From Amoebidium appalachense (Eukaryota; Protista; Ichthyosporea), in the NCBI GenBank assembly GCA_963693365.1, contig CAVNZM010000024.1:4937-68936 (forward strand): a stretch of 64,000 nt of DNA, written 5' to 3'. Made by a program: the position numbers and the translations under genes. Shown one piece after another: positions 22,449 to 34,052 of this stretch. Numbering within the stretch: the first letter of the stretch is position 1; each line of letters opens with the position of its first letter. Below the pieces are notes generated by a model. It searched no databases and was not told the DNA's origin. It saw only the letters and a program-made list of their open reading frames with translations.

Positions 22449-23045
22449 ATGGGGGTGTCATCGCGAGGCAGGAACGGGAACACGCGTGTCATCTACGTGC
22501 AGAACCAGCCAAACAAGGCGTCAGAGGTAGCCAAGTGGGTGGGGGCCCTGGCAGGCGGTGCAGCCTTGGGGGCAGGGGGGTACTATGCGTGGAAGCACAA
22601 GGGGGACATCGCGAGGGGAGTGGGTAACTTCATGTACAACAAGGCAGCGGACGCGGCCACCTACACTGCTGGGAAGGCAGGGGAGGCGGGGGGGACGGTG
22701 TTCAAGGGCCTCAAGGGGGTAGCACGTGCCACAGGCGACGCTGCCTTGCAGGGTACGCAGCACGTGGGACAGGGTGCCCAGGATGGTGCATTCAGTGCGT
22801 GGAAGACCCTGAGGAATGGTACAAGGGATGCAGGCAACTATCTGCTGCACAACACCCAGAATGCGTTGGGATATGGCCCATACAATGCCGCAGGCAGCAG
22901 CGGTAGTGTCTCCACAGGCACACGCACGGGCAAATACGAGTGGAGAGGGGGTGGAGGGGGCGGGATGCAGGTGCATGTGGGCGGTAAGCCCTATGTCTGG
23001 CCACCCACAAAGCCGCCCCACGTCTCGCAATCGGGCCGCATCTAA
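22449..23045 (+). CDS. Gly/Ala-rich protein with one hydrophobic segment
   Basis: WVGALAGGAALGAGGYYAW followed by amphipathic helices. Confidence 0.55.
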   Translation: MGVSSRGRNGNTRVIYVQNQPNKASEVAKWVGALAGGAALGAGGYYAWKHKGDIARGVGNFMYNKAADAATYTAGKAGEAGGTVFKGLKGVARATGDAALQGTQHVGQGAQDGAFSAWKTLRNGTRDAGNYLLHNTQNALGYGPYNAAGSSGSVSTGTRTGKYEWRGGGGGGMQVHVGGKPYVWPPTKPPHVSQSGRI

Positions 23046-23307
23046 TTGATATGTACATATATGGTAAGTCTGCAGGGAACCGTTGGCGGGCGGTGCGAGC
23101 AGCCAATCATATGCTCTGGCCTTTGTTGACTTGCATTCCATTGGCGGTAGTCCTGTTCTCCTATTGGACGCCTGGTGCATTAGGAGTCGCCGAATTTTAG
23201 AGCACTGTCGCATGTGTGCACTGGAGGGCACAAAAACCACCTGCGAACGTTCCTTTTATTCTAAGCCCCTCTAGCCTGATCTTTGCAAACAGCGAACTTT
23301 AGAAACC

Positions 23308-24390
23308 ATGGCAGACCTCCCCTTCCTACCCCCTCTAGACGATGCTGCTGTTCTTGCTGCCGCGGCAGCAGCCATTTCTGTGCCTGCCCGCAAGCCTCCT
23401 CCTCTCCGCACCTTCTCCTGGTCTCACCAAGATCTTGCCACTGTTCTGCTTCTGAATCAGCCCTTCTACGCATCCTACCGCACGCTTGCTGAGGGGTATG
23501 CTGCACAGCCCAGTGTTTCCGCCAACGCAGCGTCCTTCCTCCTCTCCAACGAGAAAGGTGGCTTCTTCGCTGGTTATAACGCAGCAGGCGAAGTCTACTT
23601 CCAGAAACGCTTCATGGGTCTAGATGATTTTGATGGGGCATGGCTCCCTGAGATGCTGGTGCGTGGTACCATCTCTGAGTCTGCGGAACTGGCCGAACTG
23701 CACTGCAAGGCGCTTTTGGCCACACTCGCGTGCCGCAACGCCCTCATGCTCAAGGGGGTGGCTGCTGCTGTGGTAGACGTCCTCCTGCCGCAGTTCACAG
23801 AGCATGAGAGATCAACTAGGTATAAGGCAGAGACAGACCCTCAGTTGGTTGGCAACTACATGCAGCAGTACCTGGAGGAGATAGAGGCTAACTGGGAGCC
23901 CATCGGCAAGATGTGCAAGGCAGGACTCACTCCTTACCGGGAGAAAGAGGTGACCCGCCACCTGGCCCATGTTGTTGCGGGCCTCCTGCAGACCATGGTG
24001 GCCACTGCAAAGGCAGCCAAGTTGATGTCCACACCCATCTTCAAAGGGGTCGCCATGGATGTCCTGCATGATATGCAGGCATTGCTGCGCAGCATTGCGA
24101 ATGAGCGCATGCATGGTGCAGGTGAGAAGATTGTGTTTGCAGGGCTGATCAAGAAAAACATCGCCAAGGAGGCACCATCACGGCGCAAGTCCGGCACGTT
24201 CATCGACATTGCCCCCAAGGAGAAGGAAAACCTTGCCCCCCTCCGCAGCAGCAGCAGTAGCAACATCCCCTACAACAACAACAACATGATGGGTGGCATC
24301 CGGGTCCCCTACTTCTACGGTGGGGTCCGGGTGCCTAAACACCGTGGTTCACCTCCCCTCAAGACTGTGGACAGCATTTACCTAGGCTAG
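23308..24390 (+). CDS. Hypothetical protein (360 aa)
   Basis: Long ORF with ACCATGG start; CCAAT boxes upstream at 23100-23170; KEN motif in the tail. Confidence 0.65.
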   Translation: MADLPFLPPLDDAAVLAAAAAAISVPARKPPPLRTFSWSHQDLATVLLLNQPFYASYRTLAEGYAAQPSVSANAASFLLSNEKGGFFAGYNAAGEVYFQKRFMGLDDFDGAWLPEMLVRGTISESAELAELHCKALLATLACRNALMLKGVAAAVVDVLLPQFTEHERSTRYKAETDPQLVGNYMQQYLEEIEANWEPIGKMCKAGLTPYREKEVTRHLAHVVAGLLQTMVATAKAAKLMSTPIFKGVAMDVLHDMQALLRSIANERMHGAGEKIVFAGLIKKNIAKEAPSRRKSGTFIDIAPKEKENLAPLRSSSSSNIPYNNNNMMGGIRVPYFYGGVRVPKHRGSPPLKTVDSIYLG

Positions 24391-24647
24391 TGGTTAGGTT
24401 AGGAGTAATGATGATGATGGTGGGCAGTGCCCTATATTTTAACGTTTTTACGTTTTGTTACCTTCTCAGCTTAGTCTTAGACACTGTGGTTGCGAAGATA
24501 TTGGGCTGAGCCCTTTATTTCCACGTTTTTTCTTTTTACAAAGACAACCAGAGGCAAGAATAAACTTTTTATTTTTTACGAAAACATCCATGAAAACAAA
24601 CAGAGTGCAAGCTGAAGGCTACTACGGTGCATTGCACACGTGTGCCT

Positions 24648-24651
<4 letters not shown>

Positions 24652-24684
<33 letters not shown>

Positions 24685-24686
24685 GC

Positions 24687-24721
<35 letters not shown>

Positions 24722-24745
24722 CACGGTGTGTCACTGAGTGTGTGT
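24652..24745. repeat. Interrupted (TG)n microsatellite
   Basis: Read directly. Confidence 0.95.
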
Positions 24746-25439
24746 ACGAAAAAACTCCCATACTTCCACCCTCTCCATGCTCGTTTTGTTCCAGTCAGCA
24801 TCTCCTATAGGTGGGTGCAATGGGACGTTTGGGCCACTGTTTAGTACGGTGATTGTAGTACCTGTAGGTACCGTTGAAAATGTGTAGGTGGGGTTGGGCA
24901 GCCACATCGAGGTAGTGGCCAAACATGTGTTGGTTGGTTGCTTTCCTTATAAAAGGGGGACCAAGATCGAGGTCATCCTCTGAGGAATCAATTCGATTCG
25001 GAAAAGAAGACATGTTGTGTGGTGATTGATTGTTCTAAGTGTCACTAAGTAAAAGGATTGTGTGATGTTTCAAAGTTTAAAAGTCTTTATTCTCTACGGA
25101 AAAAACGTAAAAAGTGTTGTGATAGAGCACACACGTCTATAGATCTGTCTCTGACCTGTGACGTCGTCAAACTTGCATTTGGAAAGGGGGTTCAATAAAC
25201 TTTCATTCATAATGACATGATCTGATTCGTGCACGGAAACTTTAAAAGGAATTCGGGGGGGGGGGGGTCTATTGCCGACACATTAAGCAGTCCGTCACGG
25301 TGGCTCACAGTGGCTCAGCACCAATTGCAAAGACTCAAGTGTGTTTCGTTTGTGTGTGCAATGTCTTGCACGTTTATTCACTTATGGCCGGTCTGGTAGC
25401 TGGCTCGTGGTGCACCGTAATAAAGAGAACAATGCAATC

Positions 25440-26357
25440 CTACATCCTGAGCATTTTGGCCTTGTCCTCCCCGGGCATGGGCGTGCCAGCACGCTTAGCC
25501 TGTCCCATGTCTACATCACCCCCCTCTCCCTCACTACCCGCACCATCAACCAACTCCATCAGACCATCTAGATCAAACACCTGAACCTTGCGGGCAACGA
25601 GCTTGGTGCGCACAGTGTTGTTCTTCTTGTTGTAGATGACACTGGTGGCGGCAGCAGACACCCAGGCAGTGACCTCACGGCACTTGGCACGCTGGGAGTT
25701 CATAAACTCCACAAACTCATCCACAGAGGCCGCATTGTTGCCCAGCTTGAAGAGGCAGGGGTTACGGCCGAGGGGGTTGGGTAATTCCAACGTCACGTTG
25801 AAGTAGGTGTCCCCCAGTGCCTCCTCCATGTCCGCCTTGCCGACGGGGTCGGCACCCAGCACATCGTACAGGTTGGGGGTGTGCTTGCTCCAGAGGTTGC
25901 TGCTGGTCTTGACGGGCACACCAGCCACGTCCACCCCCTTGAGCATCTCGTGGTCCTTGTGCATCCACAGCACGTCCTTGGCCATGCTGCACACGTAGGG
26001 CCACAGGTCAACGGCGTAGGCCACCTCAAAGGGCTCGGGGCGGCGTTGGGACTTGATCTTGATGGTGGGTTTGGTGTCCCAGGCAGCCGTGCTGGGAACC
26101 AACTCAATGAGCATTTGCCCGTTGATGTTGATGTTGGGCAGGTTGTACAGCTGCACCACCAGCACGTCGTTCATGACCCAGGGTGCGCCCATGGTGGCCT
26201 TGCCCACACCGTTGAGGAACACGTCCTTGTATAGCACCATCTTGGCCCCCTCAATGCTGCTGCTGCTGTTTTCTTTGCCACTGCTTGCCGCGGCGATGCT
26301 GGTCCTTTTGACGATGGACAGACCAGTCTTTTGACGCAGCAGGGTTGGCTTGACCAT
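25440..26357 (-). CDS. Putative OB-fold ssDNA-binding protein
   Basis: C-terminal beta pattern SVIY...RTKLVARKVQVFD plus an acidic tail, reminiscent of T7 gp2.5/NCLDV SSBs; weak. Confidence 0.4.
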   Translation of the reverse strand: MVKPTLLRQKTGLSIVKRTSIAAASSGKENSSSSIEGAKMVLYKDVFLNGVGKATMGAPWVMNDVLVVQLYNLPNININGQMLIELVPSTAAWDTKPTIKIKSQRRPEPFEVAYAVDLWPYVCSMAKDVLWMHKDHEMLKGVDVAGVPVKTSSNLWSKHTPNLYDVLGADPVGKADMEEALGDTYFNVTLELPNPLGRNPCLFKLGNNAASVDEFVEFMNSQRAKCREVTAWVSAAATSVIYNKKNNTVRTKLVARKVQVFDLDGLMELVDGAGSEGEGGDVDMGQAKRAGTPMPGEDKAKMLRM

Positions 26358-26499
26358 TGTGCTGTTGTTTGGGGGGTGTGGTGAATGTGACTGTGGTGTG
26401 CACCTCAACTGTGTACGTATGGCTCATGTTTGGTTGGCGAGATGTTGCCTGTGTGCGGTTGTTTATGTACACGACTGCAGGAGGCCGCCTCAGGCCGGA

Positions 26500-26720
26500 T
26501 GCGTTTCTGGCCAATGAGGACCGTAATCTTACTATCTGTGTCCTTATTGGACGCCTAGAACCAAATGTGCCAGTCTGAATTCCGATTGGCCGCCTTGTGC
26601 GGCAATTGGCTTTTTGGAGCTGCATTATCATTGGCCGCCTTGCGCATCCGTAATACTATTGGACGCCTTGTACAAGGAATTCAGAATTCGAATTCCTATT
26701 GGACGCCTTGCGCAAACCTT
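26500..26720 (-). promoter_or_regulatory. CCAAT-box cluster upstream of the SSB-like gene
   Basis: ATTGG(A/C)CGCC at ~26546, 26585, 26630, 26658 and 26698. Confidence 0.65.
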
Positions 26721-26843
26721 CGCATTCCTTTGATCCGCACTTGTGTGCATGTACGCACCACATGTACGCGTACACGTACGCGTACACGTGTTCCGCCCTC
26801 TCTCTCTAATTATTTTAATATTTAATTAAAACCACGTGTTTAT

Positions 26844-26844
<1 letters not shown>

Positions 26845-26875
<31 letters not shown>
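26845..26875. repeat. (CA)n microsatellite
   Basis: Read directly. Confidence 0.95.
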
Positions 26876-26876
<1 letters not shown>

Positions 26877-27048
26877 GTGTGCACGTGCTCATGTACATAT
26901 ATCCACCCATATCACATATATCCCATATCGCGATATGTGTACACAGATATCACATATCTCATATTCACATATCCCATATCCTAAGGGGTGCGGTTAATGG
27001 TCGAGGTGACGTCACCTGTGACGTCACGTCGACCATGTGCCGCGCCCC

Positions 27049-30000
27049 TTATTGTAGTCTCTCGTGCAGTTCGGCCTTCAGTTTCTCGTTGAGGGCCGCC
27101 AGCACTTTATCCGCCCTATCTCGGGCGGCCTGGAGGACCGCGGGATTGGACGTGAGGACCTCTGGAAGCACAGGGGTGGCTGGGGCCTGGGGCTTCACAG
27201 GCTTCTGCTTGGCAGGACGCTGTGTGGCTACCAGCTCCTTCCGCTGCCAGGCCTTTGGGTCCGTGCTGAACAGCTGCCATCGGGGATCTCCGGTGGTGGG
27301 GGCGGTGCGCGTGTACGCACGCGCCAGGTCGGTGGTGGCGTGCCCCCTGTTGAGGGCATCGATGACGGCCGTGCGTCCCGTTTCGGTCAGCCGCCACAGG
27401 GCGCCGGCGTGGCTGATAAAGCACGCGGGGTTCTCCAGTATGCTGTTGCGCAGGCGGCGCAGCTGGGACCGTGGCCAGTTCGGGTTATCGGGCCACTTGA
27501 GGGGTTTGTCCTGGGGGTTTGTGATCTTGACAACGCGAGTGTAGATGGTGCCTTCTGGTGCAAAGAAGCCCATGCGGTCCTTGCGGATGTTGGCGTTGCG
27601 GGTGATGTTGATGGGCAGACCATAGCCGCACTTCTTCATCCAGTTGACGATGTAGTCCGGGTTCCGCTCGATCAGTGAGCAGCCGTCCTGGATCAGCTTG
27701 CGAAGGTGGTAGTAGGTCTTGGGGTAGTGGGAGCGCACGTGCTGCTTGACAAAGCCGATGGCCAACTCGGCGACGTTGTACTTGGAGTTGTAGGGGGGAG
27801 CCACTGGAAGCGCCAATGCTTGCTCACGGCGAGCTGCCTGATGTCCGGCAAGTTTTCCTTGGTGTTGTGCACGGGGGCGTTGTCCATGCACAGGATTGCG
27901 CCGTTCGTGCGTGGGTCGGCCCCCAGGACGTACTCCAAGAACACGTAGAACGCACGACCGTCAAGCTCGTCAGGCACCAGGCTTTCGTTGGAAAGCTCGG
28001 CTTGGGGCTCGCGGCCGTGGGGGGCGAGAGGCCGGTAGTTGAACAGCGGGTCGTCGGACGGCCGAGGACTGAGAATCAGGTAGTTGACCACGGCCCGCAT
28101 GTTTCCATCGTTGTCCGCCTTGGGGAACCCCACGGAAATCAGCAGCTTTGTGCCGATGCCGCGCAGCTTGGGCTTGGGGGTTTTGTGATGCGAGCCGCGG
28201 TGCCCCCACACGCGGCCAGGGGTCTCATCCAGGTACACGGAGGCCTCGTCGATGAAAAGCAGATTCTGGCGGTTGTCCTGCAGGTGTGGCAAGCGCTCGA
28301 CCTCAAAGTACTGGGTGGCGGCAGCCACGGACCTTACAAAGGTGTTTGTCGGGTCGCCCTCCCCACGGCGGTACGTCAGCCCAAGCCGCTTGCGCCACTT
28401 GTTGAGCGTGGACACCGACACGTTCATGCGCTCGGATTCGGGCAGGCCAGGCAGTGCGTTGTAGGCGGCCATGAGCTTCTCGCTGGTCAGGTTGGGTACC
28501 TTGGTCGTGAGCTCGTAGAGCACGATCTTCTGTGTGTCCGTCAGCTTGGTGGATTTCTCATGGGCCCTTGCGAGGTTGGTGCCGTGCCGGCTGCTGAACT
28601 CGCCGTGCTTGAGGGCACGTGCTATTACCCGCCGCACGGTCTGCGTGCTGACCTTGAGCCTCTGTGCGGTGTCCGTGAGCCTCTCGTCCCGCAGGTGCGC
28701 AAGCAGGATGGCATCGCGGATGTCCTGCGTGTATGCCTTCCCACGGCCCAGGCGTCCTACGGGCTGTTCGGCAGTTCTCAGCGTGTGCACTTCGACGTCT
28801 GCGGGCAGGGGCTGTGCGAGGGGTTCCTCCCCGTACCAACGCCCCCCGGCACCAGCAGCAGGCGGGCGCCCCCGGGGCCCACCACCCACAGGGCCTCCTC
28901 TGCCCCCAGGGCGACCTTGTTGTCGGGGAGGAGCCTCAGCGTGAAGGAGCCTTTCGATGCCACGGTGCTTCGGGATGGCAGGGGTTCATAGACCACGGAG
29001 CGGACAGGCGAAGGGCTGTCAGGCGCGTCGACGTTGAGAAGATCACCTGTGGACTCCAAGGGCATCAGCCGCTGGCGCTCCAGCTGGTACAGCGCCAGAG
29101 GGGGGTTTCCCCCGGGCTGGGGTGGGTAGAACCCCGCGACCGTGGCCTTAGACTTGTACACAACGGGCCTGCCCGTGTGCTCGATGACGTGCATCGCCAC
29201 GAGCATTGCGCGCGGGACAAAGCGGTCGAGCCTGACGACCAGGTACGTCATCGGCCGGAAGTGCTTGGAGATGTGCGGATCCACAAACACGATCCCGCAC
29301 ACCGAGTCCGTAATGTCGGATGTTGTGTTGACGGCGGTGCCCGGCGACCGGGGCCTCCCGGCGGTGTACAGGCCCGCAAGCTGCTCCCGCTTCCGGTCGG
29401 CCCAGGCGGCGATGGCCGTGCGAGCGTTGTCCGGGCTCACGCCCAGCGCATGTGCAACCGTGGCAAGTTCCTGGGCGGTGGAGTCGGCAGTGGTGGGTGT
29501 GGGCGCCTCTGCTCTTCGGCGGGTCGAAACGGCATTGGCAACAAGACGGCTGCGGGCGTCATCGAAACGGGTTTCTGAGAGCTCAGGCCGGCCGAGATCG
29601 GCGTAGAAGCGTTTGTGCATCTCCCTTTCATCATCGATGCTGGTGGCTCCGGGGGGGCGTGTGACCCGAGGTGAATACGCTTACCATCTCGAAGGTCAAG
29701 ATCCTGGTCATCGGCAAGGGCCCGCAGGATGTGCTGGACACGGCCGTAGTACTCCTGCCCTGAAAGGTCGCGCGCAACACTCATGGTCAGTTCCTTGAGG
29801 GCCTGCCGCATGGTCGCACGATCGGTACCGGCTGCGCGCAGCTCCTTGGCCAGCTTTGCACGCTCGGCGATGAGTGTCTGGAGCGCGTGCTTGTAGGGGT
29901 AGGCCCGTTCGTCGTCCTCGCGGTGGACTCCTTCCACAAACTCAGGCCGTGGCAGCCCGGGCACCATCAGGGCGAGCGCCTCGAGCATGTTGGGCTCTCC

Positions 30001-30627
30001 GGGATCATCGGAGTCTTCCGGCGCTTTGCCCTCCTTTGCTTTCTGGGAATCCCTTACGTTTTTTCCAGCTATGCGCTGGGCCTCCGCAAGGGCGGCATAC
30101 GCCATTCGGATGCGCTCGGGATGGTCCGGTGTCGTGGGGTGGCGTGTCTTCCGATTTTCCACCTCCTTGGCGAAAAGCGCGTGGCCCCTAGAGTCCGTGA
30201 CACCCTCGAGCTTGACCAGGCGCGGCGTGCTTGTGCGAACATACGCCTTGCTCAGTATCCCCTGAACGTTCTCGGCAGTTACACGGGCATCATCGAGGGG
30301 TTCTTGGGTCAGGTCCTTGCCTGCAAGCTCCTCCCACCAGGTCTCGGATCGGGACGGTGGGGTTTGTGTAGGCGGGGCGGGTGCGTACATGGGATCACGG
30401 ACACGGAATCGCAGGTTCAGATTGCCATCCCTGGCCTGCCTATCGGTGCCGGTGTTGTATGACGGGTGACGCGGGTCCTGCACCAGCTGTGCGAGGGGGA
30501 AAGGGTCATCGGCTCGGGATTCTAGAAAGAAGCGGCCAGGATTCTCGGCACTTGGCCAGGCATCGGCCACGACTTTATTGGACTGAGTGTCCACCACAAC
30601 ATACCCCGGTCTACGGGACCGGTCCAT
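27049..30627 (-). CDS. Very large (~1190 aa reconstructed) IS630/Tc1-mariner-like DDE protein, three homopolymer frameshifts
   Basis: HTH region, LLFIDEASV...RVWG, ILCMDNAPVH and WLPPYNSKYNVAE; adding one base at each of ~29655, ~28845 and ~27795 fuses four ORFs. Confidence 0.75.
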
Positions 30628-30646
30628 GCCCCAGGCGTGGAAAATC

Positions 30647-31432
30647 TCACAATGGGCACAGATGGAAGGCTAGGACGCCTAAGTCACTGACGGCGTACTC
30701 GAATCGGATGAGCTTGTTACTGGACATGTGTATCCTGACGTTGCTGTTCACGCACGCGCCCTTGCAGAACGCGCTGAGATACTTGACCATGAACTGCGCC
30801 TTGACCTTCTCGATCGGGACCTTCTTGAACTCCACACCCGTGGCTTTTCCCCTTCTGATCTTCAGCGCGTCCTCTCCCTTTTCGGGGATGTCTATCCTGC
30901 ACTTCCCCAGCGCGCCCAGCGCACGCAGCCGGAGCGTGCGATCCGCGACAGTGATCTTCACGACATTGGACACGGCCTGGATGTCCCTCAGGTAGCGCGC
31001 AAGCTCCTGGGCGTCGATGACAAAGACACAGTCGTAATCGAGCGATGGGGCGTCGAGGATTTGCCGCACCTCCTTGACCAGGGTCATGTTGTACACGATG
31101 CAGCTGCTGTCATCGGTGGTCTCCATCTTGACCTGCAGGGTGTCGTCCGTGGCGGTGAATGCGATGCTGTTGAAGCGGTGGGCGGTGGCGTTCTTGACGA
31201 TCTTGTACAGGTTCTGGATCTCGAACGTGGCGGTCACATCGTTGGGTACGTCGAAGATCTCAAACTTGTCGGGGTGCAGCTTCATGTAGACGTAGGCCTT
31301 CTTTGCATTGTCAACTGCGGGCAGAACAAAGCCCTCCTTCCCACTGAACAGCACGGTCACCTCGCCGAGGATGTCCTTGACGCTGTCGATGGCGCATTTG
31401 AACGTGTTGACTTGCACGGTCTTGACGAGCAT
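30647..31432 (-). CDS. PCNA: PCNA sliding clamp, giant-virus-like
   Basis: KTVQ..FK..IDSVKDIL, LYKIVK, FMVKYLSAFCKG...VRIHM...FEYAVSDLGVLAFHLCP; 261 aa. Confidence 0.92.
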   Translation of the reverse strand: MLVKTVQVNTFKCAIDSVKDILGEVTVLFSGKEGFVLPAVDNAKKAYVYMKLHPDKFEIFDVPNDVTATFEIQNLYKIVKNATAHRFNSIAFTATDDTLQVKMETTDDSSCIVYNMTLVKEVRQILDAPSLDYDCVFVIDAQELARYLRDIQAVSNVVKITVADRTLRLRALGALGKCRIDIPEKGEDALKIRRGKATGVEFKKVPIEKVKAQFMVKYLSAFCKGACVNSNVRIHMSSNKLIRFEYAVSDLGVLAFHLCPL

Positions 31433-31520
31433 GGTGGGGGACTGACGCTGAACGTGCCGGCAACGCTGTTTTTATACCCTTGGGGGCCCGGGGGTTGGGG
31501 CTTTTTTCTATACAACCGGT

Positions 31521-32351
31521 ATGAATTCTGGATCCATGGACCGCACGCTGCTGTACATGGGCATCATCGCAGCTGGCTTCTACTACTACAACAAGAGGGC
31601 GTCGGCATGGCCAACAGCACCTACGTTCCAGCCTGAGGACAGTGACCCGGGGCAACAGCCCGGATTCAACAACGACCCTGGCATGCAGTGGGGGCTGCAA
31701 CCCTCCGACAGCCCATTTGACCGAGACCTGGCACTTGCATACCGGGACAGTGCTAGGGGGTTCGACGACGATACCGTCGCCATGGGCAACCAGGAGTACT
31801 TTGGAGACGAGGAGGACGAGTACGTGCTCGGCTACGACGAGTACGCCACGGCCGACGGCGGGGGCACGGTCGTCAACACGGGCAACGGGCCAGTTACGGT
31901 ACCGCAGGCGCCTCCTTCGACGCGGGCTGTGCAGCAGGCTTCGGTGGTTCCCTCAGGCACACCGTCAGCGCTCATCGGCGCGCCCGCACGTCCGGCTGTG
32001 CACCCCAACCTTGTGCAGACCGTGCATCGGGCAGGGCCAAACGTCAGCAACTCCACCATGGACGCGATCTCACAGATCCGGGGCACGGGCCTCTTCACGG
32101 GCAGCGAGATGCGGCCGCGTGAGAGGCTGAGCGTGGCGAAGCTGACGCCGCAGGAGGTGCTTGCCGCCACGACACGTCCCCGCAACGTGGCGGCACCCGC
32201 CGTGTACAAGAAGAACGGCAACCTTCAGCTACGACCCGACCCAGCGATCCACAGCGCCGGGTTGGACAACCTCCCGTCCATCAGCACACAGCGCGACCTC
32301 AGGCAGCGCGAGTCGTTCTCAAACGAGCTGGCGTCGACACTGCTTTTTTGA
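31521..32351 (+). CDS. NCLDV minor capsid protein P11-like
   Basis: N-terminal TM segment, disordered middle, C-terminal KNGNLQLRPDPAI...PSIS resembling the RNANLQLRSEPP..P...STI motif. Confidence 0.55.
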   Translation: MNSGSMDRTLLYMGIIAAGFYYYNKRASAWPTAPTFQPEDSDPGQQPGFNNDPGMQWGLQPSDSPFDRDLALAYRDSARGFDDDTVAMGNQEYFGDEEDEYVLGYDEYATADGGGTVVNTGNGPVTVPQAPPSTRAVQQASVVPSGTPSALIGAPARPAVHPNLVQTVHRAGPNVSNSTMDAISQIRGTGLFTGSEMRPRERLSVAKLTPQEVLAATTRPRNVAAPAVYKKNGNLQLRPDPAIHSAGLDNLPSISTQRDLRQRESFSNELASTLLF

Positions 32352-32404
32352 ACGAAATAAAGGGGGGGGATGAAACCCCCCCCCCCCCCCCCCTCCCCAA
32401 GATG

Positions 32405-32630
32405 CACCGACCGTGTTCTCCCCCCCGAGCAGCCCGACCCGCCCGGACCGTTTTCTTACCAAACCAGAGAGAACAGGACGGCGGGCGCGACCCTTTGGCC
32501 CGCGAATTCGTAGAGAAAACGGTCCTCGGCCCCACCATGTCTCCCGCGGACAAAGAGAACACCGTGGCACCCGTTGCAATGTCTCCGAAATTTCTAGAGA
32601 ACAGGGTCGTGGGGTTGACCCTGTTCGCCC
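32405..32630. repeat. Palindromic array copy A (inverted homologue of 54304-54528)
   Basis: GAGAACA and ATGTCTCC blocks at ~42-bp spacing. Confidence 0.85.
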
Positions 32631-32760
32631 TGTCCAGGACCGCTTTTATTGAATAAAGGAGCCCCTCCCGGAATATAGGCAAGCAAAATATTCGATCAGT
32701 GGATTGCATGATTATCATCGGCGCTGTAAGCAAATGTTGCGTTGCAAAGAACTGGTGTGC

Positions 32761-34040
32761 ATGGAGCAGGCACTCGTGCCCCACTCCATCTCATTCGACA
32801 CGGGCACCCTGAACCTCGAGGATGCGGCAGCGTGCGTGGCCCAAGTCCTCCCCTACTCCGTTCCGGTTGAGGGGCCGTGCGCGGGGCTGACGCTGGGCGC
32901 GGCGGTGGGGGTCCTGAACAGCGCGCTGACGGTCAAGGACGATAACGTGTTGTCCACGGTGAATGAAATCAACGCAACATTGAGAAGCCATCAAGCTAGT
33001 CTGGCTCTCAAGGCTGAGAAGACTGCACTGGCAGCGCTTGCCGAGGTGGTTAATACAAAAGCAGATGAAGTTAGTGTGGCGGAGCGCCTAGACCAGAAAG
33101 CAGATAAGATCACGATCGACACAACTCTCGATGGCATCACGCAGGAGTTTGGTGACCGGTGCACAAACATCGAACAGCAAGTCCTTCTAAAAGAAGAGAA
33201 GAGTGTGGTGGCCCAGCTCCGCAGTGACTTCACCGAACGGACTGTCTATGTAGACAGCGAATTGTCGAACAGGGAGACCAAGGCCGTGGTGGGGAAGCTC
33301 AGAAACAACTTTACTGATAGGACCGCCTATGTCGATGGCGAACTCGCACCTTAGGGAGTCCAAGGCCGTGGTTGCAACATTAAGAACCGATTTCACTAAC
33401 AGAACCGTTTACGTAGACGGCCATTGCTAGCAAGGCAAGCGTGAAGCCACCATTGTGGATGCTTTGCAGAGCACCGTGCAGACACGCACGGCACAACCCT
33501 AGCGGCGAAAGCAGAACTCAAGTTACGTAGACGGCCTTCTAGCCAAAAAGCGGAAGCTACCATTGTGGATGCCTTGACCAGCTGCGCACCGATTGCACAA
33601 CCCTAGCGGCGAAAGCAGACTCACCTACGTTAACGGGCTTCTGGTCAAAAAGGGATTTTTTTTTTTTTTTTGTGTCGGCGAAAGCAGACTCAAGCACTGT
33701 GCAGGCACTCCAAACAACCGTCAAGACTCAAGGCACTACGCTGGCTGCGAAAGCCGATAAATGCTATTGCGATACGCAGTTGAACACCAAAGCAAACACC
33801 AGCGTGGTCGGCACCTACACCACCCCCACCACGGGCCCCGCCGCCACCAAAACCACCATCTCAGCCGCCGTGCTCGCGCTGAACGCGAGCGCCCCGCCGG
33901 CCAACGTGGGCACGTGGGCCGCGCCGACCGTGGGGCCCGCCGCGGGCAAGGCGACGATCGCCGAGGCCGTGCTGGCCATCAACGACCATGTGGACCGGCT
34001 GACGTCGGCGCTCGAGGCGCTGGTCGCCCGGCTTGAGTAA
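32761..34040 (+). pseudogene. Fibre stalk-like protein with KAD repeats, disrupted at ~33350-33670
   Basis: Repeated KAD/KAE coiled-coil units; P..GP.....AV..(L/I)N motif three times; multiple indels and a T16 run. Confidence 0.6.
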
Positions 34041-34052
34041 AGTCTGACAAGT

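Noticed and set aside
32405-32630. 42-bp periodic array as a CRISPR-like locus
   Set aside because: Conserved blocks are only 7-9 nt and the spacers are homologous between the two copies; kept as a palindrome array
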